Part shown: positions 32,643-46,193 of the stretch, piece after piece
How positions within the stretch are numbered: the first letter of the stretch is position 1
Layout of the letters: the number at the start of each line of letters is the position of its first letter
Assembly (NCBI GenBank): GCA_965203125.1
Contig: CBDBBL010000018.1
Coordinates: 90,806 to 154,805 of the forward strand
DNA from: Gammaproteobacteria bacterium
GTDB lineage: Bacteria; Pseudomonadota; Gammaproteobacteria; CBDBBL01
Direction of reading: 5' to 3'
DNA length: 64,000 bases
Position numbers and translations under genes: made by a program
Notes under the pieces: model-generated
Told to the model about the DNA's origin: nothing
The model's database searches: none
Seen by the model: only the letters and a program-made list of their open reading frames with translations

Positions 32643-35541
32643 ACTGACGAACCTCACCTTGACCATATAAATTGTCATCACAACGCTGACAAATGGTTGG
32701 ATGTTCAGCAATACTACCTACGGTTTCATTATGATGCCAACAGCGTTCGCATTTAGGATGTGTGCTTTTGGAAATAGTTACCGTGAACGGTTGACCATCA
32801 TGAAACTCACTACTATCTGCTTTGTCATCTATAGCTACTTCAGAAACAATGAAAAAGAACTTCAGTTCATCTTGCTTCAGCATATCATCAAATAACTGTG
32901 GAAGCATTTTGCTTTCTTTCATACAAGGGTTTAGTGAGATCATAGCCTTAGCTTCTAACGACGAACCAATAACACCTTCTGCACGAGCACTCTCTAGCTG
33001 CTTCATTACCTGAGGTCTCATGTCATCAAATAAAGTGCCTAAGTCACTTACCGCCCCTTCAACTTGAACAACTTCGTCATCTCGAGATAAAAAGACACTA
33101 TCCTGATAACCGATAGACTGCCAGATTTCTTCTGCAGTAAAGCTTAAAATCGGTGAGATTGCCCGTACTAATCCATGCAATATTATATTCATCACTGTTT
33201 GACAGGAGCGCCTAACCAAACTATCTGCTTGGCAAGTATACAAGCGATCTTTAATCACATCTAAATAATAACCACCCAGCTCATTGCGACAAAAACTTTG
33301 TAGCTCTTGACAAACCTCTTGAAACTTATGCTCCTGGTAATGAGTAGTAATGCGTACTGACAAAACATACCATTGTTGCAACATGTGTCGATCTAATATT
33401 AATAGATCATCTTCAGCAACCAAGTGCTGCTTAACATCAAAATCATACAAATTACCCAGCAAGTATTTTGCCGTATTGCGAATACGGCGATAGACATCAG
33501 TAGTGCGCTTTAAAATCTCGTCACTAACGGTCATCTCTTTACTAAAATTATTGGATGCTACCCACAGACGTAAAATATCTGCACCGAGCGTTTTACACAC
33601 CTTATCTGGCGAAATCACATTCCCTTGTGATTTAGACATTTTCTTACCTTGCCCATCCACTACAAAACCATGCGTGCTTGCTGTTTTATAAGGAGCATCC
33701 AGCCCCATCGCCAAAGCAGTCAACAATGATGATTGAAACCAACCACGATGTTGATCTGAGCCTTCAAAATATAAATCTGCTGGCATACTCATACCTTCAC
33801 GCTGCGCAGTCACCGCAAAATGACTCACACCTGAATCAAACCATACGTCCAAAGTATCACTCACCTTTTCATATTGATCCGCTTTGTCACCCAATAGCTC
33901 TCTAACATCTAAGTCAAACCACGCGTCTATGCCAGATTGTTCAATTTTTTGTGCAACCATTTCGATATGTTCAGCTGTTTCTGAATGCAGTTTTCCAGTC
34001 TCTTTATGAATCAACAGAGGCATGGGTGTACCCCATGCACGTTGACGTGAAACACACCAGCCGGGATGAGATTCAATCATATTACGAATACGTTCTTTGC
34101 CCCACGCAGGCTGCCAAGTTACTTCCTCAATGGCAGACAGTGCTTTTTCACGTAAGGTTTTACCGTCTTTTCCAACTTGATCCATGGCAATGTACCATTG
34201 TGGTGTTGCACGGAAAATTAATGGAGATTTGTGTCGCCAGCAGTGTGGATAACTGTGTTCAATCTGCTGATGATGAATCAAGGTATTGTTTTCTTTGAGT
34301 AGCGCTATCACTGCTTCATTGGCATCTTTAAGCACATGCTTTCCATTTAATGCTTCATGAGTGCCCTCGACATAAACACCATTGCCTTTGACTGGGTTGT
34401 TAATCGGCAAATTATTCTTCAATCCAGCTTGGTAATCTTCTTGCCCATGCCCCGGTGCGGTGTGTACTGCACCTGTTCCTGCATCCGTAGTGACATGGTC
34501 TGCACAGATAATTGGCACTGTTTTATTGAGGAATGGGTGTTTCAGCTTTAAACCTGCAAGCTTTTTTCCTTTCACCTCAAATATAGACCCATAAAGCTTC
34601 TGCCCTGCAAAGATAAGCTCACTACCTTTACCATTAAAATAAGTTTCGACAATATCCTTTGCATAGATCATACAATTTTCTGTATTCAACTCTCTACAAA
34701 ATATGTAAGTAATATCCTCACCTACTGCCACAGCTTCATTTGCTGGCAGTGTCCATGGCGTTGTTGTCCATACCCCCATGCTCAATCGCTTAACCCCTAC
34801 TTCTTGCCCTTGACTTAAACCGTTAATAGATGCTTTCTCAAAGAAGCATCCAGCTTTTCAATAAAATGTTTTAGTCAATTTCTCATCTTCCAAATCAAAC
34901 TCAAATATTCACATCAGACCGAATCAGAAATTTTATCACTGATACTCAACCTCAGCCTCAGCCAATGCAGAGCCACAATTCACACACCAATGTACGGGTT
35001 TAAACCCCTGCTGCAAATAACCTTGCTCGTAAATCTTACCTAGCGCACGTACAGTATTGGCTTCATATTTAAAATCAGAGGTAACATAAGGATTATCCCA
35101 GTCTGCCAATACACCTAAGCGCTTAAACGATTCACGTTGTCCATCGACTTGTTTAGCAGCATACTCTCGACACTTTTGACGAAAAGTCTTTGCATCAATT
35201 TTATGCCCTGCTTTGCCATGTTTTTTCTCAACATTCAACTCAATGGGCAACCCATGACAATCCCACCCAGGTATAAACGTCGCTTTCTTACCTTGCAACC
35301 ACTGGGATTTGACGATCACATCTTTTAAGATTTTATTGACCGCATGTCCAATATGAATATCCCCATTGGCATAAGGAGGACCATCGTGCAGGGTATAGCT
35401 TTCACCTGATTTAGTTTGTGCTTGCACACGCTGATATAAATCACCCCACTTTTTCAGCATTTGTGGCTCACGCTGTGCCAAATTAGCTTTCATAGGGAAA
35501 CTGGTCTTAGGCAAATTAACAGGGTATTTTTGTTCTTTCAT
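32635..35541 (-). pseudogene. ileS: Isoleucyl-tRNA synthetase interrupted into two ORFs (34936..35541, 201 aa with HIGH; 32635..34785, 716 aa with KMSKS) by a 150-bp segment holding 5 in-frame stops
   Basis: [12 protein letters not shown] in N-fragment; WTTTPWTLPAN, KMSKS, C-terminal Zn CERCWHH..CQRC in C-fragment; both fragments are in the same frame. Confidence 0.85.
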
Positions 35542-35542
35542 T

Positions 35543-36694
35543 TTAGCTACACAAACAAGTGAAAAATTGATGAGGATTTTCTACGAATTGACGATAATTG
35601 TCACGCGAAATAATAACAGGCTTTGCTTCAGGGAAACGTTGTTGAAAGACGTCCAGCCCACTTCTCCAAGTCTTCATGCGTTGTTGTTTCCCTGATTTCA
35701 CTTCAATCGCAATCAATTGATTGCGCCATTTCATCACGAAATCAACTTCGTATTTATCCTCACGCCAATAATAAATCGCATCAGCAACCTGCAACAATTT
35801 AGCTCCCACACTGCATTCAAAAACAAAAGGTAGCTTATCTTCACTCAGACTAAATAATTTATAAAAGCAGGGTGCCAACGGCAATAATTTTGGCGATGAG
35901 CTCTTGACCTTAAACGCTTGATTGCTATATTTCTGTAATGTTTTAATTAAAAAAGCACCTTCAAATAAACGCAAATAATATTTCACTAAATCGGTATTAC
36001 CTTTATCTTGCAGTTGTCCTAATAACTTTCGATAGCTGATCTCTTGTGCTGGATAAGCACAAACAATTTCAAAAGCTTGACGAAACAAGGCCGGTTTTTT
36101 TACCTGCGCATAACGCAAAATATCTTTATCAATGACGCTATCAATCACAGACATACGCAAATATTGTTGCCATCGTGTTTGATCTTGCAAAAAATCATAG
36201 CTTTTTGGATAGCCTCCATAACGCAAATAATCATCCACAGAAAGCCCTGCCAATTGCTCTGATTCGATATAATCCCAATGATATACAGGAATGATTTCCA
36301 TCCGACCTGCTAAACTCTCGGTCATTCCTTGCATCAATGATAAAGAACTAGAACCCGATAGAATGACTTTTATTCGTTGCTTCTTATCACTCTGCTCATC
36401 CCATAACTTTTTGATGCTTTCTGACCAATCAGGAATTTTTTGAATTTCGTCAATCACCAGTAATGTATCTTCCCCTTTGATTTTCGCAGCTTGCCATTGT
36501 TTCAAGATCCATGAGCTGTGTTCATTTAAAACGCGATCAGCACTCACATAGTGGTGCCCCCCTTGATATTCTTGGAGAAATTGCTTAATGCCTGTGGTTT
36601 TACCCACTTGTCGCGGACCAATCACAACATGAATCAATGGGTTGAGCTGTTGAAATCGCTGCAAAAGTTTCTGTATAAATTCCCGTTTAATCAT
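35543..36694 (-). CDS. AAA+ ATPase with C-terminal PD-(D/E)xK-like domain (AAA_14/DUF4143-type architecture)
   Basis: Walker [10 protein letters not shown], Walker [15 protein letters not shown]-terminal YEVDFV...IAIEVKSGK; ATG 36694 (MIKREF..) preferred over ORF-track 36739, which reads through the operators. Confidence 0.75.
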   Translation of the reverse strand: MIKREFIQKLLQRFQQLNPLIHVVIGPRQVGKTTGIKQFLQEYQGGHHYVSADRVLNEHSSWILKQWQAAKIKGEDTLLVIDEIQKIPDWSESIKKLWDEQSDKKQRIKVILSGSSSLSLMQGMTESLAGRMEIIPVYHWDYIESEQLAGLSVDDYLRYGGYPKSYDFLQDQTRWQQYLRMSVIDSVIDKDILRYAQVKKPALFRQAFEIVCAYPAQEISYRKLLGQLQDKGNTDLVKYYLRLFEGAFLIKTLQKYSNQAFKVKSSSPKLLPLAPCFYKLFSLSEDKLPFVFECSVGAKLLQVADAIYYWREDKYEVDFVMKWRNQLIAIEVKSGKQQRMKTWRSGLDVFQQRFPEAKPVIISRDNYRQFVENPHQFFTCLCS

Positions 36695-36720
36695 TGCATT
36701 ACTTAACCCCCTATTATTTA

Positions 36721-36760
36721 TGATAGGATAATCTATCATTTTTGATAGGTCAACCTATCA
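36721..36760. promoter_or_regulatory. Twin 18-bp palindromes (candidate operators) upstream of the AAA+ ATPase gene
   Basis: tgataggataatctatca (36721-38) and tgataggtcaacctatca (36743-60); shared 7-bp arms TGATAGG/CCTATCA-like, centres 22 bp apart. Confidence 0.55.
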
Positions 36761-36776
36761 TTTTTAATGGATCGAA

Positions 36777-37721
36777 TTAACAAAAATATTCCCGAGTCAT
36801 TTTTGCATCCATTTCAATTTGATGCTTTAATTTCTCCAGTGACTCGTAGCATTCTTCATCACGTATTTTATGATAAAAGATCACTTCGACCTGCTCACCG
36901 TAAACCTCACGATCAAAATCAAACAAATAAACTTCTAATAAACAACGTGTACCACCGACAGTTGGACGTGTGCCGACACTGGCAACTCCCAGAATTTTTT
37001 GATCTGACAATCCTTGTACTTTCACGGCGTAGATTCCCAACAAAGGAGCAACCGGTCGATTCAAATGAATATTGATGGTGGGAAAACCCAGTGTTCTACC
37101 TAATTTCTCACCATGCGCAACACAACCACATAGCGAGAATCGACGCCCTAACCCTTGTTGTGCAGAGAGTAAATCACCTCGTTGCAACGCAACTCTAATC
37201 GCTGTTGAACTAATACGCTTAGTATCATGCGATACGCCAGAGACTTGCGTTACCTCAAAGTCATCTCGCTCATTAGCAATGGTTTGCAATAAGTTAAAAT
37301 CACCCTGTCGATCCACACCAAAACGAAAGTCATCCCCTACCAACAAATGACGTACTTGCAACATCGCAATCAAATACTGCTCAATAAATTCACGTGGCGG
37401 GATCATCGATAAGAACTGGTTGAAGCGCAAGCAACACAATCGATCAACGCCCATTCTATCCAAATATTGCCACTTATCACGAAACCGCATTAGGCGTATG
37501 ACCGTATCTGCTTTATTTTGTTTCTTCAGAAAATAAGCTTTAGGGTGCGGGGTAAACATCATCACTAAAGTTTGAAAACCTGACTGTAAACCTTGTTCTT
37601 TCATTTGCTGCAGTAGTGCTTGGTGCCCTAAGTGCATACCATCAAAATTACCAATCGTAGCAATCACAGGAAACTGATCAGCCTGTGGCTTAAGCCTATG
37701 TAAATCACGAATCAACTTCAC
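36777..37721 (-). CDS. ribF: Bifunctional riboflavin kinase / FMN adenylyltransferase
   Basis: IGNFDGMHLGHQ; GTG 37721 in GTGA overlap with murJ stop gives VKLIRDLHRL.. 314 aa; the longer ORF-track start lies inside murJ. Confidence 0.9.
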   Translation of the reverse strand: MKLIRDLHRLKPQADQFPVIATIGNFDGMHLGHQALLQQMKEQGLQSGFQTLVMMFTPHPKAYFLKKQNKADTVIRLMRFRDKWQYLDRMGVDRLCCLRFNQFLSMIPPREFIEQYLIAMLQVRHLLVGDDFRFGVDRQGDFNLLQTIANERDDFEVTQVSGVSHDTKRISSTAIRVALQRGDLLSAQQGLGRRFSLCGCVAHGEKLGRTLGFPTINIHLNRPVAPLLGIYAVKVQGLSDQKILGVASVGTRPTVGGTRCLLEVYLFDFDREVYGEQVEVIFYHKIRDEECYESLEKLKHQIEMDAKMTREYFC

Positions 37722-39301
37722 CGTATAAGCCCTAAATTCACCCGACAACGTACGGCAAGATACAGCACACCAAGATACAGCGCACCACCCACACCAAGGT
37801 CTAACAACAACTGTAGTGCACGCCAGTGCCAGCTTAGCTGCAACCAATCACTTACTGGACGCCTGAGAAGCCATAACCATGCAACCATTAAAACACAAGC
37901 ACCACCCAACCAAAGCAAATAAAGCAACCATGCACGTTGCACTTTAATCACGCCTTTTCTATATAGACATACCCATAATAAAACGGCATTGACCCAAGAT
38001 GAAATCGACGTTGCTAACGCAAGCCCAACATGCTGCAAAGGACCAATCAACAACCCATTCAATATCAAATTAACTCCCAATGCGGTCGCCGCAATTTTCA
38101 CAGGTGTTTTGATATTTTGCTGGGAATAAAATCCAGATGCCAACACTTTAATTAGCATAAATGCTGGCAAACCCAATGCATAAGCAATTAAGCTTTGTGA
38201 TGACATTAAAACATCGTAGGCATTAAAGCGCCCATAATGGAACAATGTCGCTATCAGTGGCTGTGCCAACAAGCCCAATCCTAAGGCAGAAGGAACCCCT
38301 AACAACAACACCATCCTGACACTCCAATCCAAACTTTCCGCAAATGCTTGCTGGTCTTTTTCTGCATGCTTTTTCGATAAATGAGGCAGCACAACGGTCG
38401 CCAGTGCCACACCAAAAATGCCTAAAGGGAAATAAGTGAGTCGATCAGAGTAATACAACCATGAAATACTGCCTTGTGGCAAAAAGGAAGCAAAAATCGT
38501 ATCAACTAATAAACTAATTTGCGCTACGGAAACACCAAACAAAGCAGGCACCATTAATTTCAGAATACGCCGCACTCCTTCATTTTGCCAATCTCCTGTG
38601 AAATACTGATACCAGCGCAATTGCTTTCTGCCTATGTTGCTCTTTAAGTGCAACCTAGGTAACAACGCTCGCTTTTTTGCGAAATACCACTGACAAGAAA
38701 ACTGTAACACACCACCTACTAACACCCCCCAAGCGAGTGATTCAACGGGGTAATGGAAATAATGACGAAAAAAAACAGCCGCAATAATTAACGCTACATT
38801 TAACAGTACAGGGGTCAACGCAGGTGGGCCAAAACAATCATAAGTATTTAACACCGCAGCCAAAAAGGCAGTTAAGGCAATGAGCAATAAATAAGGTGCA
38901 GTAATTTTCAGCAAATGTGCTGCCAACAAGAAACGTGCACCGTCTTTAAAACCAGGCGCAAAGATATGAATTAAGTACGGCGCAAAAATCACTCCTAATA
39001 GAACAACCCAAAATAAAATAAACGCCAAACTACGAAACACATGATTGATCAGCTGCTGAATCTCTCCAGAATCTTGCTGTGATTTATATTCAGACAGCAC
39101 TGGCACAAAAGCTTGAGAAAATGCACCTTCTGCAAATAATCGACGCATAAAATTGGGTATTTTGAACGCTACTAAAAAAGCATCCAACCCAAACAAAGCA
39201 CCAAATACCTGAGCTAATACCATATCACGCACAAAACCCAAAACACGGGAAATGAGTGTCATGAGTGAAAACAAAGATGTGGATTTCAATAGTTTTTTCA
39301 T
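37718..39301 (-). CDS. murJ: Lipid II flippase MurJ
   Basis: MKKLLKSTSLFSLMTLISRVLGFVRD from ATG 39301; 14-TM MOP family. Confidence 0.9.
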   Translation of the reverse strand: MKKLLKSTSLFSLMTLISRVLGFVRDMVLAQVFGALFGLDAFLVAFKIPNFMRRLFAEGAFSQAFVPVLSEYKSQQDSGEIQQLINHVFRSLAFILFWVVLLGVIFAPYLIHIFAPGFKDGARFLLAAHLLKITAPYLLLIALTAFLAAVLNTYDCFGPPALTPVLLNVALIIAAVFFRHYFHYPVESLAWGVLVGGVLQFSCQWYFAKKRALLPRLHLKSNIGRKQLRWYQYFTGDWQNEGVRRILKLMVPALFGVSVAQISLLVDTIFASFLPQGSISWLYYSDRLTYFPLGIFGVALATVVLPHLSKKHAEKDQQAFAESLDWSVRMVLLLGVPSALGLGLLAQPLIATLFHYGRFNAYDVLMSSQSLIAYALGLPAFMLIKVLASGFYSQQNIKTPVKIAATALGVNLILNGLLIGPLQHVGLALATSISSWVNAVLLWVCLYRKGVIKVQRAWLLYLLWLGGACVLMVAWLWLLRRPVSDWLQLSWHWRALQLLLDLGVGGALYLGVLYLAVRCRVNLGLIR

Positions 39302-39398
39302 CGTCGATGAATATACATAACTCAAAACTGATTGACAAAGGAAAACAACACATTTAGAATTCGCATTCATTTTTTATGCATCGTAATGGAGAAACATA

Positions 39399-39668
39399 GT
39401 GGCAAATTCACCACAAGCAAGAAAACGCGCAAGACAATCAGAAAAGCGTCGCCAACACAACACCAGCTTAAAATCTATGATGCGTACTTATATTAAGCGT
39501 GTCATCAATGCGCTTGAAGACAAGCAAGCAGAAAAAGCAAAAGAAGCCTTTACTGTTGCAATACCTGTTTTAGACAAAATGGCAAACAAAGGCTTAATTC
39601 ACAAAAACAAAGCAGCCAGAACTAAAAGTCGCTTAAATGCTCAAATCAAAGCACTTGCTACTGCATAA
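39399..39668 (+). CDS. rpsT: 30S ribosomal protein S20
   Basis: 89 aa; [18 protein letters not shown]; divergent from murJ as in E. coli. Confidence 0.95.
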   Translation: MANSPQARKRARQSEKRRQHNTSLKSMMRTYIKRVINALEDKQAEKAKEAFTVAIPVLDKMANKGLIHKNKAARTKSRLNAQIKALATA

Positions 39669-39694
39669 TAATACAGCTTAAAAAATTATTAACG

Positions 39695-39722
39695 AAAGAC
39701 ACGCATTTGCGTGTCTTTTTGT
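39695..39722 (+). terminator. Rho-independent terminator of rpsT
   Basis: aaagacacgc-attt-gcgtgtcttt perfect 10-bp stem followed by T-run. Confidence 0.8.
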
Positions 39723-39737
39723 TTGGAGACTATATCC

Positions 39738-40532
39738 ATGCCAATTGCACAACTCAACGACATCAATTTATTTTATAAGCTAGAAGGTAGTGGCGATCCG
39801 CTTGTACTTATTTCTGGGTTTGGTGCTGATCATTCTATCTGGAACAGCATCGTCTCCCGCCTAGCTGACACATATACTGTTTTGACTTTCGACAACCGTG
39901 GTGTGGGACAAAGTGATGTGCCATCAGAAAAATACAGCATTGAACAAATGGCAAAAGACACCGTTGCATTAATGCAATTTTTACACATTGATCGTGCGGC
40001 TATCTTAGGGCACTCCATGGGTGGATACATTGCTCAGACAGTCGCCCATCAATTCCCTAGCTTTACTAAATCTCTTATTCTCTCTAATACCGCAATGGCA
40101 ACAGAAACCTGCTTTCACTTTTTTATTAAAGCGTATTTCGAACTATTAAAAAATGGTACGCCTGCAGAGTTATGTGCAAAACTGATGTCACCGTGGGGTT
40201 TTTCATATCAATATCTTGAAAAACCGATGATGATCGATGGACTGGCAAAATATGCTGCAAACAACCCACACCCTACTTCGCTGACAGGCTATTTAGGGCA
40301 ATTCGCCGCCATTGGAGATTTCTCCTCAAAAACATGGGCAAAAGAGATCAACAGCAATACTTTGGTTATGAGTAGTGACCAAGACTTAATCTTGGACCAA
40401 CGACACACCAAGGCCTTAGCTCATGAAATTAAAGACTCGCAGTATTTTTGTTTTAAGGACTGCGGGCATATGCCTTATATTGAGCAACCACAGAAGTTTG
40501 TCACACAAGCACTGTCATTTCTAACACTTTGA
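39738..40532 (+). CDS. Alpha/beta-fold hydrolase
   Basis: Nucleophile elbow GHSMGG, C-terminal CGHMPYIEQP; ATG 39738 after GGAG; ORF-track start 39711 lies inside the rpsT terminator. Confidence 0.8.
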   Translation: MPIAQLNDINLFYKLEGSGDPLVLISGFGADHSIWNSIVSRLADTYTVLTFDNRGVGQSDVPSEKYSIEQMAKDTVALMQFLHIDRAAILGHSMGGYIAQTVAHQFPSFTKSLILSNTAMATETCFHFFIKAYFELLKNGTPAELCAKLMSPWGFSYQYLEKPMMIDGLAKYAANNPHPTSLTGYLGQFAAIGDFSSKTWAKEINSNTLVMSSDQDLILDQRHTKALAHEIKDSQYFCFKDCGHMPYIEQPQKFVTQALSFLTL

Positions 40533-40630
40533 ACAAAGAATTTATAGTCATGCTACTTCAACCACAATCACCAGAAGCTTTCAAACCATTTCTCGTGGAT
40601 TCAAGTTTGTTTTTTAATAATTCAATGCTA

Positions 40631-40789
40631 TAGCTAACACGGTTAAGTATTGAACACTTTTAACAAAATGATTTTGAGTAGTATTCCATTGAAAAAATTG
40701 AGTCATAGCAAGGCTATGGTGAAAGTTTCTCAATGAAATAATGCCAAAAACATGCGGTTAGAATGGTTGATACTTAATCGTGTTAGCTA
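40631..40789. mobile_element. MITE-like element, family B (159 bp), TA-flanked
   Basis: Near-identical in length and sequence to copy at 10225; flanking TA at 40629-30 and 40790-91. Confidence 0.85.
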
Positions 40790-40791
40790 TA

Positions 40792-40850
40792 TTACTCGAT
40801 TTTTTAATCATTTTGTTAAAACTCCGGTGTCTTGAAAGGCGATGGGTATA
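40792..40850. mobile_element. Family A MITE half-element (one TIR plus part of one arm)
   Basis: ..attactcgattttttaatcattttgttaaaactccggtgtcttgaaaggcgatgggtata = reverse complement of the left part of copy 3458; abuts family B copy. Confidence 0.7.
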
Positions 40851-40855
40851 CACAC

Positions 40856-41869
<1,014 letters not shown>

Positions 41870-41982
41870 TCAATTTCCACTCGACGCCATGCCCAAACCA
41901 CTTGAAGAAAAAAGTAGAGAGCACATAAAACAAAAAAAAGCCCAGTATCAAACTGGGCTTTTCGTAAATCTGTAGCAATCAA

Positions 41983-42249
41983 TTATACGTGAGCAATTTC
42001 TTCAATCATCACATAACGACGATTTTTCTCGCCTTTAACCGCAAACTTCACCACACCATCAATTTTTGCATGCAAGGTAAAATCTTTGCCCATATAAACA
42101 TTCTTTCCTGGGTGAAATTTCGTTCCTTTCTGACGAACTAAAATGTTACCAGCACGAACCTTCTCACTACCAAAACGCTTTACACCTAAATACTTAGGGT
42201 TCGAATCGCGTCCATTCCGGGTACTACCACCTGCTTTCTTATGAGCCAT
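41983..42249 (-). CDS. rpmA: 50S ribosomal protein L27
   Basis: 88 aa; [16 protein letters not shown]. Confidence 0.97.
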   Translation of the reverse strand: MAHKKAGGSTRNGRDSNPKYLGVKRFGSEKVRAGNILVRQKGTKFHPGKNVYMGKDFTLHAKIDGVVKFAVKGEKNRRYVMIEEIAHV

Positions 42250-42252
42250 TAT

Positions 42253-42564
42253 TTACCCCTTAATTTCTTTGACTTGAACTTTTGTTAAATATTGACGATG
42301 ACCTTGTCGCTTCATGTGGTGCTTACGACGATGAAACTTCATAATACGAACTTTCTTATCACGATATTGCTCAACAACTTCTGCTATAACCGTTGCTCCA
42401 CTAATCAGTGGCGCACCTACTTTAATATCATCACCATTACCAATCATTAATACTTGATCAAAGGTTAATGTATCACCTTGCCCAGCCATTAGTTTCTCAA
42501 CGCTAATGACATCTCCCGCTTTAACGCGATGTTGTTTTCCGCCACTCTTGATGACTGCGTACAT
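42253..42564 (-). CDS. rplU: 50S ribosomal protein L21
   Basis: 103 aa; MYAVIKSGGKQHRV. Confidence 0.97.
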   Translation of the reverse strand: MYAVIKSGGKQHRVKAGDVISVEKLMAGQGDTLTFDQVLMIGNGDDIKVGAPLISGATVIAEVVEQYRDKKVRIMKFHRRKHHMKRQGHRQYLTKVQVKEIKG

Positions 42565-42591
42565 GGCATAACTCCTAAAAAATCGCTAAAA

Positions 42592-42768
42592 GGAACATGA
42601 AAGAAATAACTTTGATGGTTGGCGCATAGATTGGATTTATCTTTGGATGTTTTAATGAAGAAAAACCACAGTAATAGTCAGCTATTGCGAGGATTTTTCG
42701 ATTGCAAAACATTCATAAATGAATTCAACCTAGGTGATCAAGTATTAAAGTTATTTCTTTCATGTTCC
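42592..42768. mobile_element. MITE-like element, family C (177 bp) in the rplU/ispB divergent intergenic region
   Basis: Perfect 22-bp TIRs ggaacatgaaagaaataacttt / aaagttatttctttcatgttcc; central core about 90 percent identical (inverted) to family D core. Confidence 0.85.
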
Positions 42769-42879
42769 TAAATATTAAGGTGTCGGATTTTAGTTCATCA
42801 TGATAGTTATTTCAAGCTTTATCTCATCTTGAAAAGGTTCTACAATTAACATTCATAATCGTAAATAAAGATACTTCCG

Positions 42880-43845
42880 TTGAGCATAAAAAAAATTACA
42901 AAAACCGTCTCGAAAGACTTGGATGCCGTTGATCAACTCATTACCAGTCAATTGACCTCAGAAGTTGCTCTCATCAACGACATTGCAGACTACATCATTA
43001 GCGCTGGAGGAAAGCGTATTCGACCACTACTAGTACTACTAACTGCTCAAGCACTTGGAGAAATAACGCCGCACCACCATCGTCTCGCTGCGATCATCGA
43101 ATATATTCATACTGCAACCCTATTACACGATGATGTCATCGATGAATCAACATTACGCCGAGGAAAACCTTCAGCAAATCAAAACTGGGGAGATCACGCA
43201 CCCATTTTAGTGGGAGACTACCTCTATGCACTTGCCTTTGAAACCATGAATCAAATCGAGTCTCCTCTGGTCAATCAAGTACTTGCACAGGCAACTAAAC
43301 AACTAGCTGAAGGAGAGGTGTTACAATTAATTCATAAGCAAACTTTTATTTCTCAAGCAGAATATTTGCAAATTATCACAGCAAAAACAGCACGATTATT
43401 TGAAGCTGCAACCGAACTATCTGCTACCCTATCAACACAAGATGAGCCAACGATTCAAGCCTTAAAAAAATATGGTCATTATATTGGCATCGCTTTCCAA
43501 ATGATCGATGACATTTTAGATTACAGCACACAATCAAAAAAATTGGGCAAAAACACAGGTGATGATTTGCGAGATGGCAAGCTGACTTTACCATTAATCA
43601 TAGCCATGGAAAGTGGGTCAAGCAAACAAGCAGCCATCATTAGAGACGCGATTTCACAAAAAAATGGCGACCAATTAAACCCTATCATAAAGATACTCAA
43701 AGAAACTGACGCACTGAATGATTGTAAAGAAATCGCTGTATCTTATGCCAACAAAGCATTGCAAACATTAGAAACAGTAAACACTCGACAAACCACAACC
43801 ACACTACAGTCTGTTATCGAGGTTATTATTGATCGCATCCAATAA
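42880..43845 (+). CDS. ispB: Octaprenyl-diphosphate synthase
   Basis: 321 aa (TTG start); DDxxD motifs LLHDDVIDES and FQMIDDILD. Confidence 0.92.
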   Translation: MSIKKITKTVSKDLDAVDQLITSQLTSEVALINDIADYIISAGGKRIRPLLVLLTAQALGEITPHHHRLAAIIEYIHTATLLHDDVIDESTLRRGKPSANQNWGDHAPILVGDYLYALAFETMNQIESPLVNQVLAQATKQLAEGEVLQLIHKQTFISQAEYLQIITAKTARLFEAATELSATLSTQDEPTIQALKKYGHYIGIAFQMIDDILDYSTQSKKLGKNTGDDLRDGKLTLPLIIAMESGSSKQAAIIRDAISQKNGDQLNPIIKILKETDALNDCKEIAVSYANKALQTLETVNTRQTTTTLQSVIEVIIDRIQ

Positions 43846-43846
43846 C

Positions 43847-46193
<2,347 letters not shown>

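Noticed and set aside
34786-34938. TGA recoding (Trp or selenocysteine) as an explanation for the stops inside ileS
   Set aside because: One of the five stops is TAA, and homology is recovered only by frame shifts, not read-through. TGA also terminates well-defined genes here, such as murJ, eno and lspA.
36721-36760. Resemblance of the TGATAGG/CCTATCA half sites to tetO (..TCTATCA..TGATAGA..)
   Set aside because: There is no TetR-family gene in the vicinity, and the half-site orientation and spacing differ from tetO. I kept the sites only as generic candidate operators.
37722-37847. Cys/Trp-rich N-terminal extension of ribF (..RPWCGWCAVSWCAVSC..) that looks like a metal-binding repeat
   Set aside because: It lies entirely within the 3' end of murJ in another frame. 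RibF homology begins at VKLIRDL, where a GTG overlaps the murJ stop (GTGA). The extension is therefore an ORF-calling artefact.
42195-42215. ggttcgaatc, a tRNA T-loop-like string
   Set aside because: It lies inside the highly conserved rpmA coding sequence (..SNPKYLG..), and there are no acceptor or anticodon stems around it.
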